Of a stretch of 64,000 bases of DNA, positions 38,934-49,047 are shown one piece after another. The translations under genes were made by a program, and so were the position numbers. The stretch is from Nemertoderma westbladi (lineage: Eukaryota; Animalia; Xenacoelomorpha), in contig JAUCBJ010006646.1 in the NCBI GenBank assembly GCA_032718475.1, forward strand, positions 1-64,000, in the 5' to 3' direction. The notes beneath the pieces were generated by a model. The model saw only the letters and a program-made list of their open reading frames with translations. It did no database searches and was not told the DNA's origin. Positions within the stretch are counted from its first letter, which is position 1; the number at the start of each line of letters is the position of its first letter.

Positions 38934-41072
38934 GTATGGTCAGGTGAGCGGTTAGATAGACCTAGGTTAAAGCAACAGGAGTTGCCGGATGGATTTGTAG
39001 GTTGCCAATACTGTTTACTAAAGGAGGTAAGATCTGACGATCATAAGTTAGATAGTTGCAGACGGTTCAAAGAATTAAATTCGGAACAGAGAAGAGTTCA
39101 AGTGCGGACGTTGGACACCTGTTGGGCATGTCTTGCGCCAGGCCATGTACGGCGGCAGTGCCCGAACAGCAAGGACGGATGCATGGAATGCGGCAGACTA
39201 CATCACAAGTTGCTACATGCGGATTTCCATACCCCAACGGACCGTTACTTACAGCGAAATCCTCACAGGAAGGGGAGCAAAGAACCCATATCGATAAGGA
39301 GGAATACGTACACTGGCATTCAGGACGACGGTTACCAACCAGGTTCGTCGGACGAGGATGGCGAGTCGATCGCAAGAGAAGTGACCTGCCAAGCTTTCAC
39401 CGCGGATAGTTCATCGACCAGCGCGCGGACGTATTTATCATCGGCCACGTCGGAAATATTTAGCGTGATTCCGGTGAAACTCACTGGCGATAAGGGATCG
39501 AAGCGAATATATGTGATGTTGGACACTGCGTCCACATTATCATATATCGACGAGGAAGTGGTGAGAGCTGTTTCTAGCTTCCAGGACGCTGAGGAGATCC
39601 AAATAGAGTTGAAGTCTATGCACGGGGTAGGTGACCTCAAGGGACACAGGATATCTGTAGAACTAGATTCCCTACTTCCGAGAGACCAACACACTCGACA
39701 AGAACGGAAAGCTTTGCCATTGGACGGATTTAAGTGTCTAGCTATGAAGGGATTCGGCAGGCAGTTAGGTAAGGTGCCACCGATGAGTCCCATAGCACAG
39801 GAGTATTTTGACAAGCTCAGGATACCCAGACACCAGGTAGGTTATAGGAATGTTTCTATGTTGATTGGTGCAGAACAGCTGATCGCACACCAAATATGGG
39901 AAACGAGACCAGCTGAGCCGCATGTCAATGGACCACATGCCCATAGGACTATATTAGGTTGGTATACAAGAGTACCCATGTCTTATGAGTTTACAGGTGG
40001 CGACAAGCCAATAAACAGATACGACGAATTACAGCCTATAACTCAACCACCGTTAGTAGAACCACCAGACATAGACGAGTTTAGGAGAACCTGTATTGAC
40101 CACTATAGTGACTTTAGCGAGTCGGACGAGGAGTTGATTCCCGATAATGTTAGGTTGTCGGAACCACTTCATAACGACCGGACAGATAGTGAACCCGAGG
40201 ACTACTGTTATCAGACCCGTGGGTCTGGTTCAGCGGCCCACGCTACCTATTTGACTAACGTTTTGACTTATACAGACATAGTGGAGGGTCAAGTGGCTAA
40301 ATATCGAGACCTAGACATTTTCCAATACCGCGAGGAGGAATTACAGAAGGAATTGATACGCCAGGACCTCGAGACAGGAGCCAGAACCGTCGAATGGCTG
40401 GATAGGGATGCAATGGAACCCGGTGGATATGACCTAGCCATGTCTACTGATGAGAAACGGTCGCTGGAGATGATGGAAGATACCATACGTCTACTACCGA
40501 CTGGACATTTTGAAGTTGGAATGTTGTGGCGTCGACAACCACCTAAGTTGGAGAACAACTACAGCTTAGCCTTGAAAAGATTGAACGGAGTAAGGGCTCG
40601 GTTGTTGAAGAATCCGGACATTAGGGAGAAGTACTGTGCCCAGATCAACAACTATTTCGCCAAGGGATTTGCTGGGAAGGTAGAGGACCCTGACTTAGTG
40701 ACAGACCAGACTTATTACCTTCCACACCACTATGTGACTCACCCTGACAAACCAGACAAAGTCCGAGTAGTCAACGACTGCGCAGCAGTCTATAGAGGTA
40801 TGTCCCTGAATTCAGAGTTGATGGATGGACCCAACCTGAATAACTATTTGATTGGAATACTGTTGCGTTTTAGACAGCGGCGATTCGCATTTACTTGTGA
40901 CATCGAGGCGATGTTCCACCAGGTAAGAGCCTGTAAGGCAGACCAGGATAGCCTTCGATTTCTCTGGTTTGAGAATGAAGACTTATCCGGCCCAGTGGTT
41001 ACATACCAGATGTACGTTAGGATATGGCACGCTGTTTGTTCTAAAGAAAACGGCAACAGCCCAGATTGGTAA
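38934..41072 (+). CDS. Bel/Pao nucleocapsid zinc knuckles, aspartic protease and N-terminal RT
   Basis: CQYC..H..C, CWAC...GH....C, CMEC...HHKLLH; VMLDTAS; YYLPHH, KVRVVND, GPNL, DIEAMFHQV; frameshift near 41020. Confidence 0.9.
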   Translation, partial: VWSGERLDRPRLKQQELPDGFVGCQYCLLKEVRSDDHKLDSCRRFKELNSEQRRVQVRTLDTCWACLAPGHVRRQCPNSKDGCMECGRLHHKLLHADFHTPTDRYLQRNPHRKGSKEPISIRRNTYTGIQDDGYQPGSSDEDGESIAREVTCQAFTADSSSTSARTYLSSATSEIFSVIPVKLTGDKGSKRIYVMLDTASTLSYIDEEVVRAVSSFQDAEEIQIELKSMHGVGDLKGHRISVELDSLLPRDQHTRQERKALPLDGFKCLAMKGFGRQLGKVPPMSPIAQEYFDKLRIPRHQVGYRNVSMLIGAEQLIAHQIWETRPAEPHVNGPHAHRTILGWYTRVPMSYEFTGGDKPINRYDELQPITQPPLVEPPDIDEFRRTCIDHYSDFSESDEELIPDNVRLSEPLHNDRTDSEPEDYCYQTRGSGSAAHATYLTNVLTYTDIVEGQVAKYRDLDIFQYREEELQKELIRQDLETGARTVEWLDRDAMEPGGYDLAMSTDEKRSLEMMEDTIRLLPTGHFEVGMLWRRQPPKLENNYSLALKRLNGVRARLLKNPDIREKYCAQINNYFAKGFAGKVEDPDLVTDQTYYLPHHYVTHPDKPDKVRVVNDCAAVYRGMSLNSELMDGPNLNNYLIGILLRFRQRRFAFTCDIEAMFHQVRACKADQDSLRFLWFENEDLSGPVVTYQMYVRIWHAVCSKENGNSPDW

Positions 41073-44000
41073 GTACCCAGTAGAAGTAATCGAGTCTATA
41101 TTGAGAAACTTCTATATGGACGACGGATTGGTGTCCAAGGACACGGCGGAACAAGCCATAGAAGTGGCTCACGGCCTGCAGGAGTGCTTGGCTACAGGGG
41201 GTTTTCCTCTGACCAAGTTCACTACGAATTCGGAGGCCCTATTAGAGTCGTTCCCGGTGAAAGATCGCGGGAGCGGTGACATAGAATTGGGGGTAGAACC
41301 AATCCCCATGGCGCGAGTACTGGGACTCGCTTGGAACCCGAACTCAGACAAGTTCCAGGTAAGAGTTAGATTTGAGCCCAGTAGCCCAGACAAAGTTTTG
41401 ACAAAAAGGATTTGCTTATCGACATTAAGTAGACTATTTGACCCGATGAACTTTATCAGTCCGGTTATATTACAGGCACGAGCGTGCATGAGGAAAATTT
41501 GGTTGTCCGGCGTAGAGTGGGACGAACCAATATCTCCTATACATGCAAAGCAGTGGAGGGAGTGGGAAGCCGAGTTGCATCTATTGAAAAATATAGATGT
41601 ACCCCGTTCCTACTTTCCGAATCAGCTGGTATTTCCAGCTGATTTAGAACTGCATCTATTTAGTGATGCAAGTGACACCGGCTTTGGTATGGTAGCGTAC
41701 CTTCGCCGAGAGGTAAGTCAGGACAAATTTGAGACGGCCTTTGTGACTTCTAGATCAAAGACAATGCCGGTCAAATACATGACTGTCCCTCGTACAGAGT
41801 TACAGGCGGCTGTAGTTTCAGTCGAGGTAAGTAAGCAGATAACTGAGGAGTTAGACACGACATTGACCTTATTCTATTGGACGGACGCATCCTTGGTGTT
41901 AGTACACATTGCGGCCGACAATATTGCACTAAAGACATTTGTGGCCAACAGACGCGCTCAGATCGTTGACTTTTCAACGAAGGAACAATGGAGACATTGT
42001 CCGGGAGTGTTGAACCCGGCCGACATAACTTCGAGAGGTGCAATGCCGGCGGAATTCTGTCAGGAAGAGTCGCAGGAGTTTTGGTTGCATGGACCTGATT
42101 TTCTAACGAGGACACAGGAACATTGGCCAGAGCGACTAAAGATTGTGACCAATCCGATGCCTGAAGATGCAGAAGTCAAAGTGGAGAAAGTCTCTAAGTC
42201 AAAGTCTAAAGCCAAACTTAAGTCATTGGAGCGGCCTGAAGAGTCATTGGAGCGGCCTGAAGAGTCATTGGAGCGGCCCGGAGACCTGTCAGACCAACAG
42301 ACTTACGTGACTACTAGGTCCGGAAGGGTAAGTTACGACATAAAACCACCCTTACAGACTAGACGACAGTCACAGTTGGTAAGTGACGGACAGAAAATGA
42401 CCGACACAATGGAGCCTTTGGTTTCCAAACCTGCGGGTTTGGATTCGAAACTTCCATTAGTTAGCGGACAACCGTCGCTGGCATTAGAGTCATGCAGTAT
42501 TTATGACAAATTACTAAATTCGTCTGCCTCTTGGCTGACAATTTGTAAAAGAACTGCGTGGTTAAGCCGATACATTTTGTACCTTTGTTTAAAACATTCG
42601 GAACATTTGAGAGAACCATTGAGCACTAATAGTGAGCGAATTCGGAAATTGAAACAACCTCTGACAGAGGATGAGATTGATCAAGCGGAATTAAAGCATT
42701 TGAAGCATTATCAAATGTGTGCCTTCCCAAAAGAATTCCATCTATTATCGGCTCAACGACCAGTTCTCTATAAACCCCTTAGAAAATGGAGTCCATTAAT
42801 CCATAAGGGTTTGATTTGTCATAGATCGAGAATCCAGACTGTCGACATAAACTCACAGTTTCGGTTCCCAGTGATAATCCCTAGTCACCCAATAGAATTG
42901 CAAAGAGCGATTCTATGGGATATACACAAGAGGTTGCATCACGCGGGAAAGTTACACTGTTTGTCGGCAGCGAGACAGCGATTCATTCTATTGCAGCCAA
43001 GCAGGGCAGTCGGCACTATGTATGACGCCTGTCTGGTTTGCAAGAGGGTGAACGCCAGAGTATTGGAACAGGAGATGGCTAAACTCCCGGAAGCGAGAGT
43101 GCAGGCATATGATCCACCCTTTACGAAAACAGGGGTGGATTGTTTTGGTCCGATTGAGGCAAAGAATGGACGGCTGACCCACAAACGATGGGGTCTGCTA
43201 CTGACATGCATGGCTAGTAGAGCCATACATATTGAGCGTGTGGCAGACATGTCGACCAAATCTCTGCTCCTGGCCTTAAAGAGATTTATGGCCAGGAGAG
43301 GACTAGTAAAGGCGTTCTATTCCGATAAGGGTACAAACTTTGTCGGGGGGAATAGCGAGTTGAACGCGGCTCATAAAGCGGCACAGAATAAGGAAATTTC
43401 TGCAGCACTTTTGCCGCAAAGAGTAGAATGGAGATTTAATACTCCAGAAAGTCCTTGGAGAGGAGGACGTTGGGAGCGTTTAGTACGCTCTGTAAAGCAG
43501 GCTATTGCCAAGACGTTGCCTGTAAACAAACAACTTACCGACGACGAACTGGTCACAGCTTTCATTGAAATCGAGCATACCCTAAACTCGAGGCCGATAG
43601 CTATGTTGCCAGACGGTGTTGCATTAACGCCGAATCATTTGCTAATGCAGAGTCCAGCATTTCTTGTGCCGGCATCAGAACCCATTAGTGCCGACCTATA
43701 TAGTCGTAAAAGCTGGAAAGTAACACAATTTGTGGCGTACACATTCTGGGAATATTGGCGGGAATATTATCTTCCCACCATATCCACCAGAACAAAGTGG
43801 TACAAAACGGTTCGGAGTCTCCAAAAGGGAGATTACGTACTGATAACCGAACCGATTGTCAAGAGAAAATACTGGGAGACAGGAGTGATCTTGCACTTAC
43901 ACCCAGACGTGCAAAACATAGTGCGCACAGTCACTGTGAAAATTAGGTGCAAGTGTCCGCACCCAAAGAAGTGTAAAACTAATGGTTTACACACCTTGGA

Positions 44001-44088
44001 CCGACCGGTCCAAGATATCGTGTTATTAGAGGAGACACGTATCGAGACGGGAGATTATAATTTGTCTCCTGCCTCAAAACAGAATTAG
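40969..44088 (+). CDS. Bel/Pao RT C-terminus, RNase H and integrase
   Basis: FYMDD, RVLGLAW, LHLFSDAS, PRTELQAA, NPADITSRG, H...HH..CLVC, TGVDCFGP, SDKGTNF, GGRWERLV. Confidence 0.92.
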   Translation: MRMKTYPAQWLHTRCTLGYGTLFVLKKTATAQIGKYPVEVIESILRNFYMDDGLVSKDTAEQAIEVAHGLQECLATGGFPLTKFTTNSEALLESFPVKDRGSGDIELGVEPIPMARVLGLAWNPNSDKFQVRVRFEPSSPDKVLTKRICLSTLSRLFDPMNFISPVILQARACMRKIWLSGVEWDEPISPIHAKQWREWEAELHLLKNIDVPRSYFPNQLVFPADLELHLFSDASDTGFGMVAYLRREVSQDKFETAFVTSRSKTMPVKYMTVPRTELQAAVVSVEVSKQITEELDTTLTLFYWTDASLVLVHIAADNIALKTFVANRRAQIVDFSTKEQWRHCPGVLNPADITSRGAMPAEFCQEESQEFWLHGPDFLTRTQEHWPERLKIVTNPMPEDAEVKVEKVSKSKSKAKLKSLERPEESLERPEESLERPGDLSDQQTYVTTRSGRVSYDIKPPLQTRRQSQLVSDGQKMTDTMEPLVSKPAGLDSKLPLVSGQPSLALESCSIYDKLLNSSASWLTICKRTAWLSRYILYLCLKHSEHLREPLSTNSERIRKLKQPLTEDEIDQAELKHLKHYQMCAFPKEFHLLSAQRPVLYKPLRKWSPLIHKGLICHRSRIQTVDINSQFRFPVIIPSHPIELQRAILWDIHKRLHHAGKLHCLSAARQRFILLQPSRAVGTMYDACLVCKRVNARVLEQEMAKLPEARVQAYDPPFTKTGVDCFGPIEAKNGRLTHKRWGLLLTCMASRAIHIERVADMSTKSLLLALKRFMARRGLVKAFYSDKGTNFVGGNSELNAAHKAAQNKEISAALLPQRVEWRFNTPESPWRGGRWERLVRSVKQAIAKTLPVNKQLTDDELVTAFIEIEHTLNSRPIAMLPDGVALTPNHLLMQSPAFLVPASEPISADLYSRKSWKVTQFVAYTFWEYWREYYLPTISTRTKWYKTVRSLQKGDYVLITEPIVKRKYWETGVILHLHPDVQNIVRTVTVKIRCKCPHPKKCKTNGLHTLDRPVQDIVLLEETRIETGDYNLSPASKQN

Positions 44089-44849
44089 TGTTGGACGCAA
44101 CTCACTTCGTATGCATTCCTCGTATGCAAATACAAGGAAATGCATAGGAGCGGGGTTGTGGTGATTTGCGTTGAGTTTTGTCTAGTGGGTATCAAAACAA
44201 AATTTTATTTTCAAAAATTTTGGAAAAATTAAAATTTTAAAAAATTAGAAAAGTGAACCCAAGACAATTCCAGACGCTGTGTATAGACGCGTTTTAGAAT
44301 TCGTCTATAGATATACAGTAATTTGAAAAGTCGTGAAGCCTGGAAAATAGCATTTAGAAACCATGGTGACGGCTATATTAAGTAGGAGTGTAAATTGAGT
44401 TTAGCAACTTCCACAGATTGGTGCCAACAGTGCAACTAAGGTGCTAAAGGTTAGTAGCACCAGAGGCGTACATGGACCCCACTCAGTAGTTTGCAGGATG
44501 TGTGATGTTCGATTATCAAACCTGTGGGTTTGGTATAGTCGAGTATTGTGGCTATAGTCCTTTCTAACTACTGTAGTTTAGTACGAGTAATGGGAGTAGT
44601 TTGGGCATCAAAAAGTGAGTTGGTCACGGCCAGTTTATCTCCAAAGTTTTTGCGCTATGCATGGGAATAGGTTAGAGGATAGTTAGTTAGGAAGAGACGG
44701 GATCTAGAGAGTCGAACCTGAACTGCTGGAAGGCGGGGGGGGTTCGGGAGGTCTGTCTTTCGGCGACATCTAACTGATTTACCCACAGTGTAATTGGTTA
44801 CGTAACGGCACTTATTGGGATATATATATATGTATATACGCGAGGCATA

Positions 44850-47800
44850 ATGGAGAAGGATATTAGAGCGCAACCGCGCAGAGGATTTACTGCCAGAGAG
44901 GAGGCGGAGCTACCATTCGCGCGACCAGGATGTAAAGACTCTAACGTTTACTACCATGGGCGGTCCGTGATGGAGCTAAACGGAAAATATAAACCGACTT
45001 ATGATAAGGAATTACGGAGGGAAAGAATGAGAGCGTTGGGGGACCGGATGGAAGTTTTGCGGAGAGAGTATCGCACGCGGTATCCCTACGACTTCGCTTT
45101 GGACGTATGTGACATTAGTGCAGACCCGGATGAGGAGATCGCACGACTGTACCATATGAATATGTATTTACGACACGAAGAACCTCTACCTGCAATCCGA
45201 GATCAGTTCGACGGAATGCATCTGTACCGGAGGACTCGAGGCGAAGATCAGGAGACGCCGAAAGTCTTCAGCGTGTATAAGCTGTTCTACAAGTGTGGTG
45301 AATGCATGAATAAGCAAGACGTGGCGATTCCCGACCGACTAGATGAGCAACATCCAGAACCGATATTAACGCGATGTCCAGCTCACCAGTTCCTTAGATA
45401 CAACGAGGGAGGTTACCCGATGAGCAACCCGATGATCAGTATCGACTTCAGCGGAAAGCGACCTCCGAGACCCATTACGCCGACCGTTACGACATTAGAT
45501 CCGTATACGGAGATTAAACCCTGTTCGACACCCAGTTTGATAGAGACGGCAGCGGCCATTTCGCTGTACCGAGCCTATAAGGATCTAGAGGTGCGGCGCG
45601 AAGCGGCACGGGACTCGGGTACCAAACCCGCGGGTTTGGAGCTCTCGAGTCCCTGGACTGCGTTTACTTCACCTCACCGAGCGAGAAGCCTCACGCCTGA
45701 GCATCAGGACGACATAGACGCGTTGCGGTAGGAGGAGCGAGCGGCGAAGGCGAAAGAGTTATTCGAGAACAGGATAGCGGAGTATAATAAGACCGCGGAT
45801 AGACATCAAGAGGAGACGAGGAGAGTGACTGGATTTGTTCCACAGGTCGTATCTCAACCCCGACCGGTGTATTATTCCGACGGCACCGAACCTGCGATAT
45901 TAGTAGATCATCCGGAGTCGCGAGAAGCGATACGATTCTTGCCGATGGTAAGAATGGCGGATCATTGGAACGTTGACTGTCTACGGGAAGTTTTATGCAC
46001 GAAGTTCTTGCGTGATGTCCCAATGCAGATCACAGATTACGACACATTGGATAAGATTGGAGCTCCGGGGAAGGAGAGCAAACTATTTGGATGGTTGGAT
46101 AAGTACATCAAGGTATGGGTCGCGGTGGCTACATTCCCAGACGACGAGGAGGTAGACCAGACGTGGCTGAGGAGGAAGGGTTCTTATACCCGATATGATG
46201 ACCACAAGGCTATCGAGCGCATGTGGACCCCATCAGACGAGATTCAGCGTCAGTGGAGGAAAACGGAGGAATCACTGCAGGATTGGAGGGTGATGTTCTA
46301 CGACAATGAAGGAGGGTCCCATCAAGAATGTTTGACCAGCAAGTGTATTCAAATTCGTGCAGCCGATGGTGTGACTCATGTGTTTATGTGTGTGAGGGCG
46401 GATCGAGAGAGACCGGAGCCCATCATAACGACACAATATCGGAAAGGGAAGGATCCTAGGGAGCAGATTTTGGAGGTATGCAGGCGAGGAGGTATGCACG
46501 GAGCGGAGCGTATCGACGCCAGGATGCTACCCAAGAAAGTTAGAGAGGCTATTCTCAACCAAGATTACGTCAAGGTGGGATCGGGAGTCCAGAGCGATTT
46601 GGAGAGCGACTTCAACGCCATGACTGATCTGGAAGATAGATTGCCGAGACCGTTTGTCGACACCAAGCTATTGTTGCTATGGGCACAGGATATTGGAATT
46701 TATAGGGAGTATCCCAACTCTGCTAAGACTGATATGGGCTTTATAGCACACTTGTTGTATAATTGGGACTTTAAGTTAAAGACGCAGAAGAAGTACGAGG
46801 AGGCGTATGGCGAATACAACACGCCACCGGGAGCGGAGTTCAAATCCCACTTCAAGCGGCAAGCGTTAGTGTATTGGAACATTTGCGCGCCACACCGTGC
46901 ATTGCTACAATATTATTTGGTGCTTGAGTCGAACACGGTGACTTGTTTATTAGCGGATATCGTTGCGCGAGTTTTGAAGCGTCATCCATTGGTATTCAGA
47001 GGAGATCAATATGTTCGCTCGAAAAGGGGGAATCCAATCCGACGTGATGAAGCGTTTCTTAACCCCGTTCTTCAACCAATCGTTAGAGAATACGTTGATG
47101 GTTAGGAGAGGATTAGCGATATTCCAAGGAGTATATCGACAGAACATCGGAGATTTGGGAGACCGACCGTCGATGGAGTATCCGACGCCAGAAGCTTTGG
47201 AGAAGTGGTTCGGGAATCAAACCCGCGGGTTTGGTACTCCCTTCCACTCGGAGGCTGATAGACCTGTTAAGGAGGGCTGGCCGGAGACGTTAGTAGAGGT
47301 GTTCGGAGTAGATCTTCCGGTGGAGAAGACATATCCGAAACGAACGTGGGAGGAAATATTGGAGATAGAGGACAAGGGCGAGGATGTTTACTTTGTTCCG
47401 GATCGACAACCGTTGACCGGAGAGGACGACATCGTATTAGACATTGGGAAGGAAGGAAGTGTGAAACCGATTGGAGACCTCATATACGAGAGGGCCTGGT
47501 TTCCACAAGCGCGTAGGTGCAAGTTGTGCGGCAGCACAAGGCACAATCTAAAGTCATGCGACGCGGTAGTAGAGGCGGCGCACAAGGTCTGTCGTTGGTG
47601 TAATGAGACCGACCATTCGTTTCACACGTGCACCGTCTTCATTTCTCAATGTGGATATTGTGGGGTAAAGGGACATCGTAGCGCGAGATGTCAGCTGCGA
47701 GATGATTCCTTTCAAAACCATAGCGCTAACCTACTTCGGGAGATGTTAGATAAGTGGGAGAGTGTGGCTGATTACCATATTCAAGCGCAGATGCGTTGGT

Positions 47801-48558
47801 TACCATTTAAGGCGGGATATGGGTTTTGGGCGGTAGACCCATCACATGTTGCGTACGAGCCATATCTACAATCGCTACCACAATATCAGGAACTCATCCT
47901 AACTGCTCAAGACCTTCCACAGAACACTGGAGTTATCGTAGTTCGAGAATACTTCAGACAGTTGAATATGGATAACAAATACACTTGGAACTTCGTTGCT
48001 ATTTGCGATCGCATCACGAAGGGTGTATTTACGGAGACTAGAAAAGTGGTACGCGCGCGAGGTGATTGGAGGATGGCGGCTATACAATACCGCAACGAAT
48101 TCTTGTTGACTCATGTGCCAGTGGGTTCATTGACCGCTGAGAGGATACAGGAACAGAGGATCGCAGCGACCACAGCGACGACCGCTGGAGCTCAAGGCTC
48201 GCGGAAGGAACCAGGAGGAGGGGTCCAAGACAAGCGTCAAGTCAAGGACGACCACTATCATTCTATTATAGAAGCACAGAGGTTGCAGCGCAAGGCGCAG
48301 GGAGCGTCAGAGAAGGCGCGAGTGCAACTGCATAAGGAAGAGTTGGCGGAAGCGACCACGGGAGCAAGACAACTGGGACGAGGCCGAGGGAGAAGTACCA
48401 GCCGGGAATCTGTCGGGGCTCAGGGAACGTCGTCGCCGGTTCCGGGGAGTGACGCCTCACGGACGCCGTCAACAGAGTCAACTGGAGGTAGACTGGTGTA
48501 TCTGGGAAGAGGGCGAAAGAGAGGAGCGAGCCCAAAGAACCCAGGAGCGGGTCGATAA
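44850..48558 (+). CDS. Accessory ORF of the Bel/Pao element (~1,230 codons if one TAG and one frameshift are repaired) with three CCHC zinc knuckles; not env-like
   Basis: ORFs 44850..45731 and 45825..47105 share a frame and are separated only by one TAG; 47011..48558 overlaps in the +1 frame. Knuckles CKLCGSTRHNLKSC, CRWCNETDHSFHTC, CGYCGVKGHRSARC; RG-rich basic tail. Confidence 0.8.
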
Positions 48559-49047
48559 TACATTATAGCACAGGGCGACAGACTCTAGATATATACATCA
48601 TCGTCGCTCTGATGTATATTGTAGCATTTAGAAATCTTCGACTAGACTCATATACACTAGTTGAGTTGTTTTGAATTTATATTATGAGAGAGGCGAAGGA
48701 AGTGATTGGGGAGACAAACCTGCGGGTTTGGCTTACTCCTTTCACTTGCCCTAGCAAAATTTTTATATTTGATCTTGTATGTAGTAATCATTATGTAGTA
48801 AGAACGAGAAACAATATTTTGTAAATTTAATTTGTATGTAATAATCGTTAACAATGAGAGAGATAATATTTTGTAAATTTAATTTGTATGCAATTCATTA
48901 TGCAATATCTCTAGCAATATTTGTAAATAGTAGGATTTATAGTATCAAGTATTTAGATTATTTGGAAGAAATTTATTTTGTTTGTATACATCACCTTATA
49001 CTCTTCTACAGTTGGAGGGAAACATTATATGATTTCCCTTGGAGCGG

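Noticed and set aside
36631-43946. Antisense and alternate-frame ORFs over gag-pol
   Set aside because: Expected shadows of a long, GC-richer coding region.
44850-48558. env gene
   Set aside because: No signal peptide, fusion-protein cysteine pattern or transmembrane anchor is visible.
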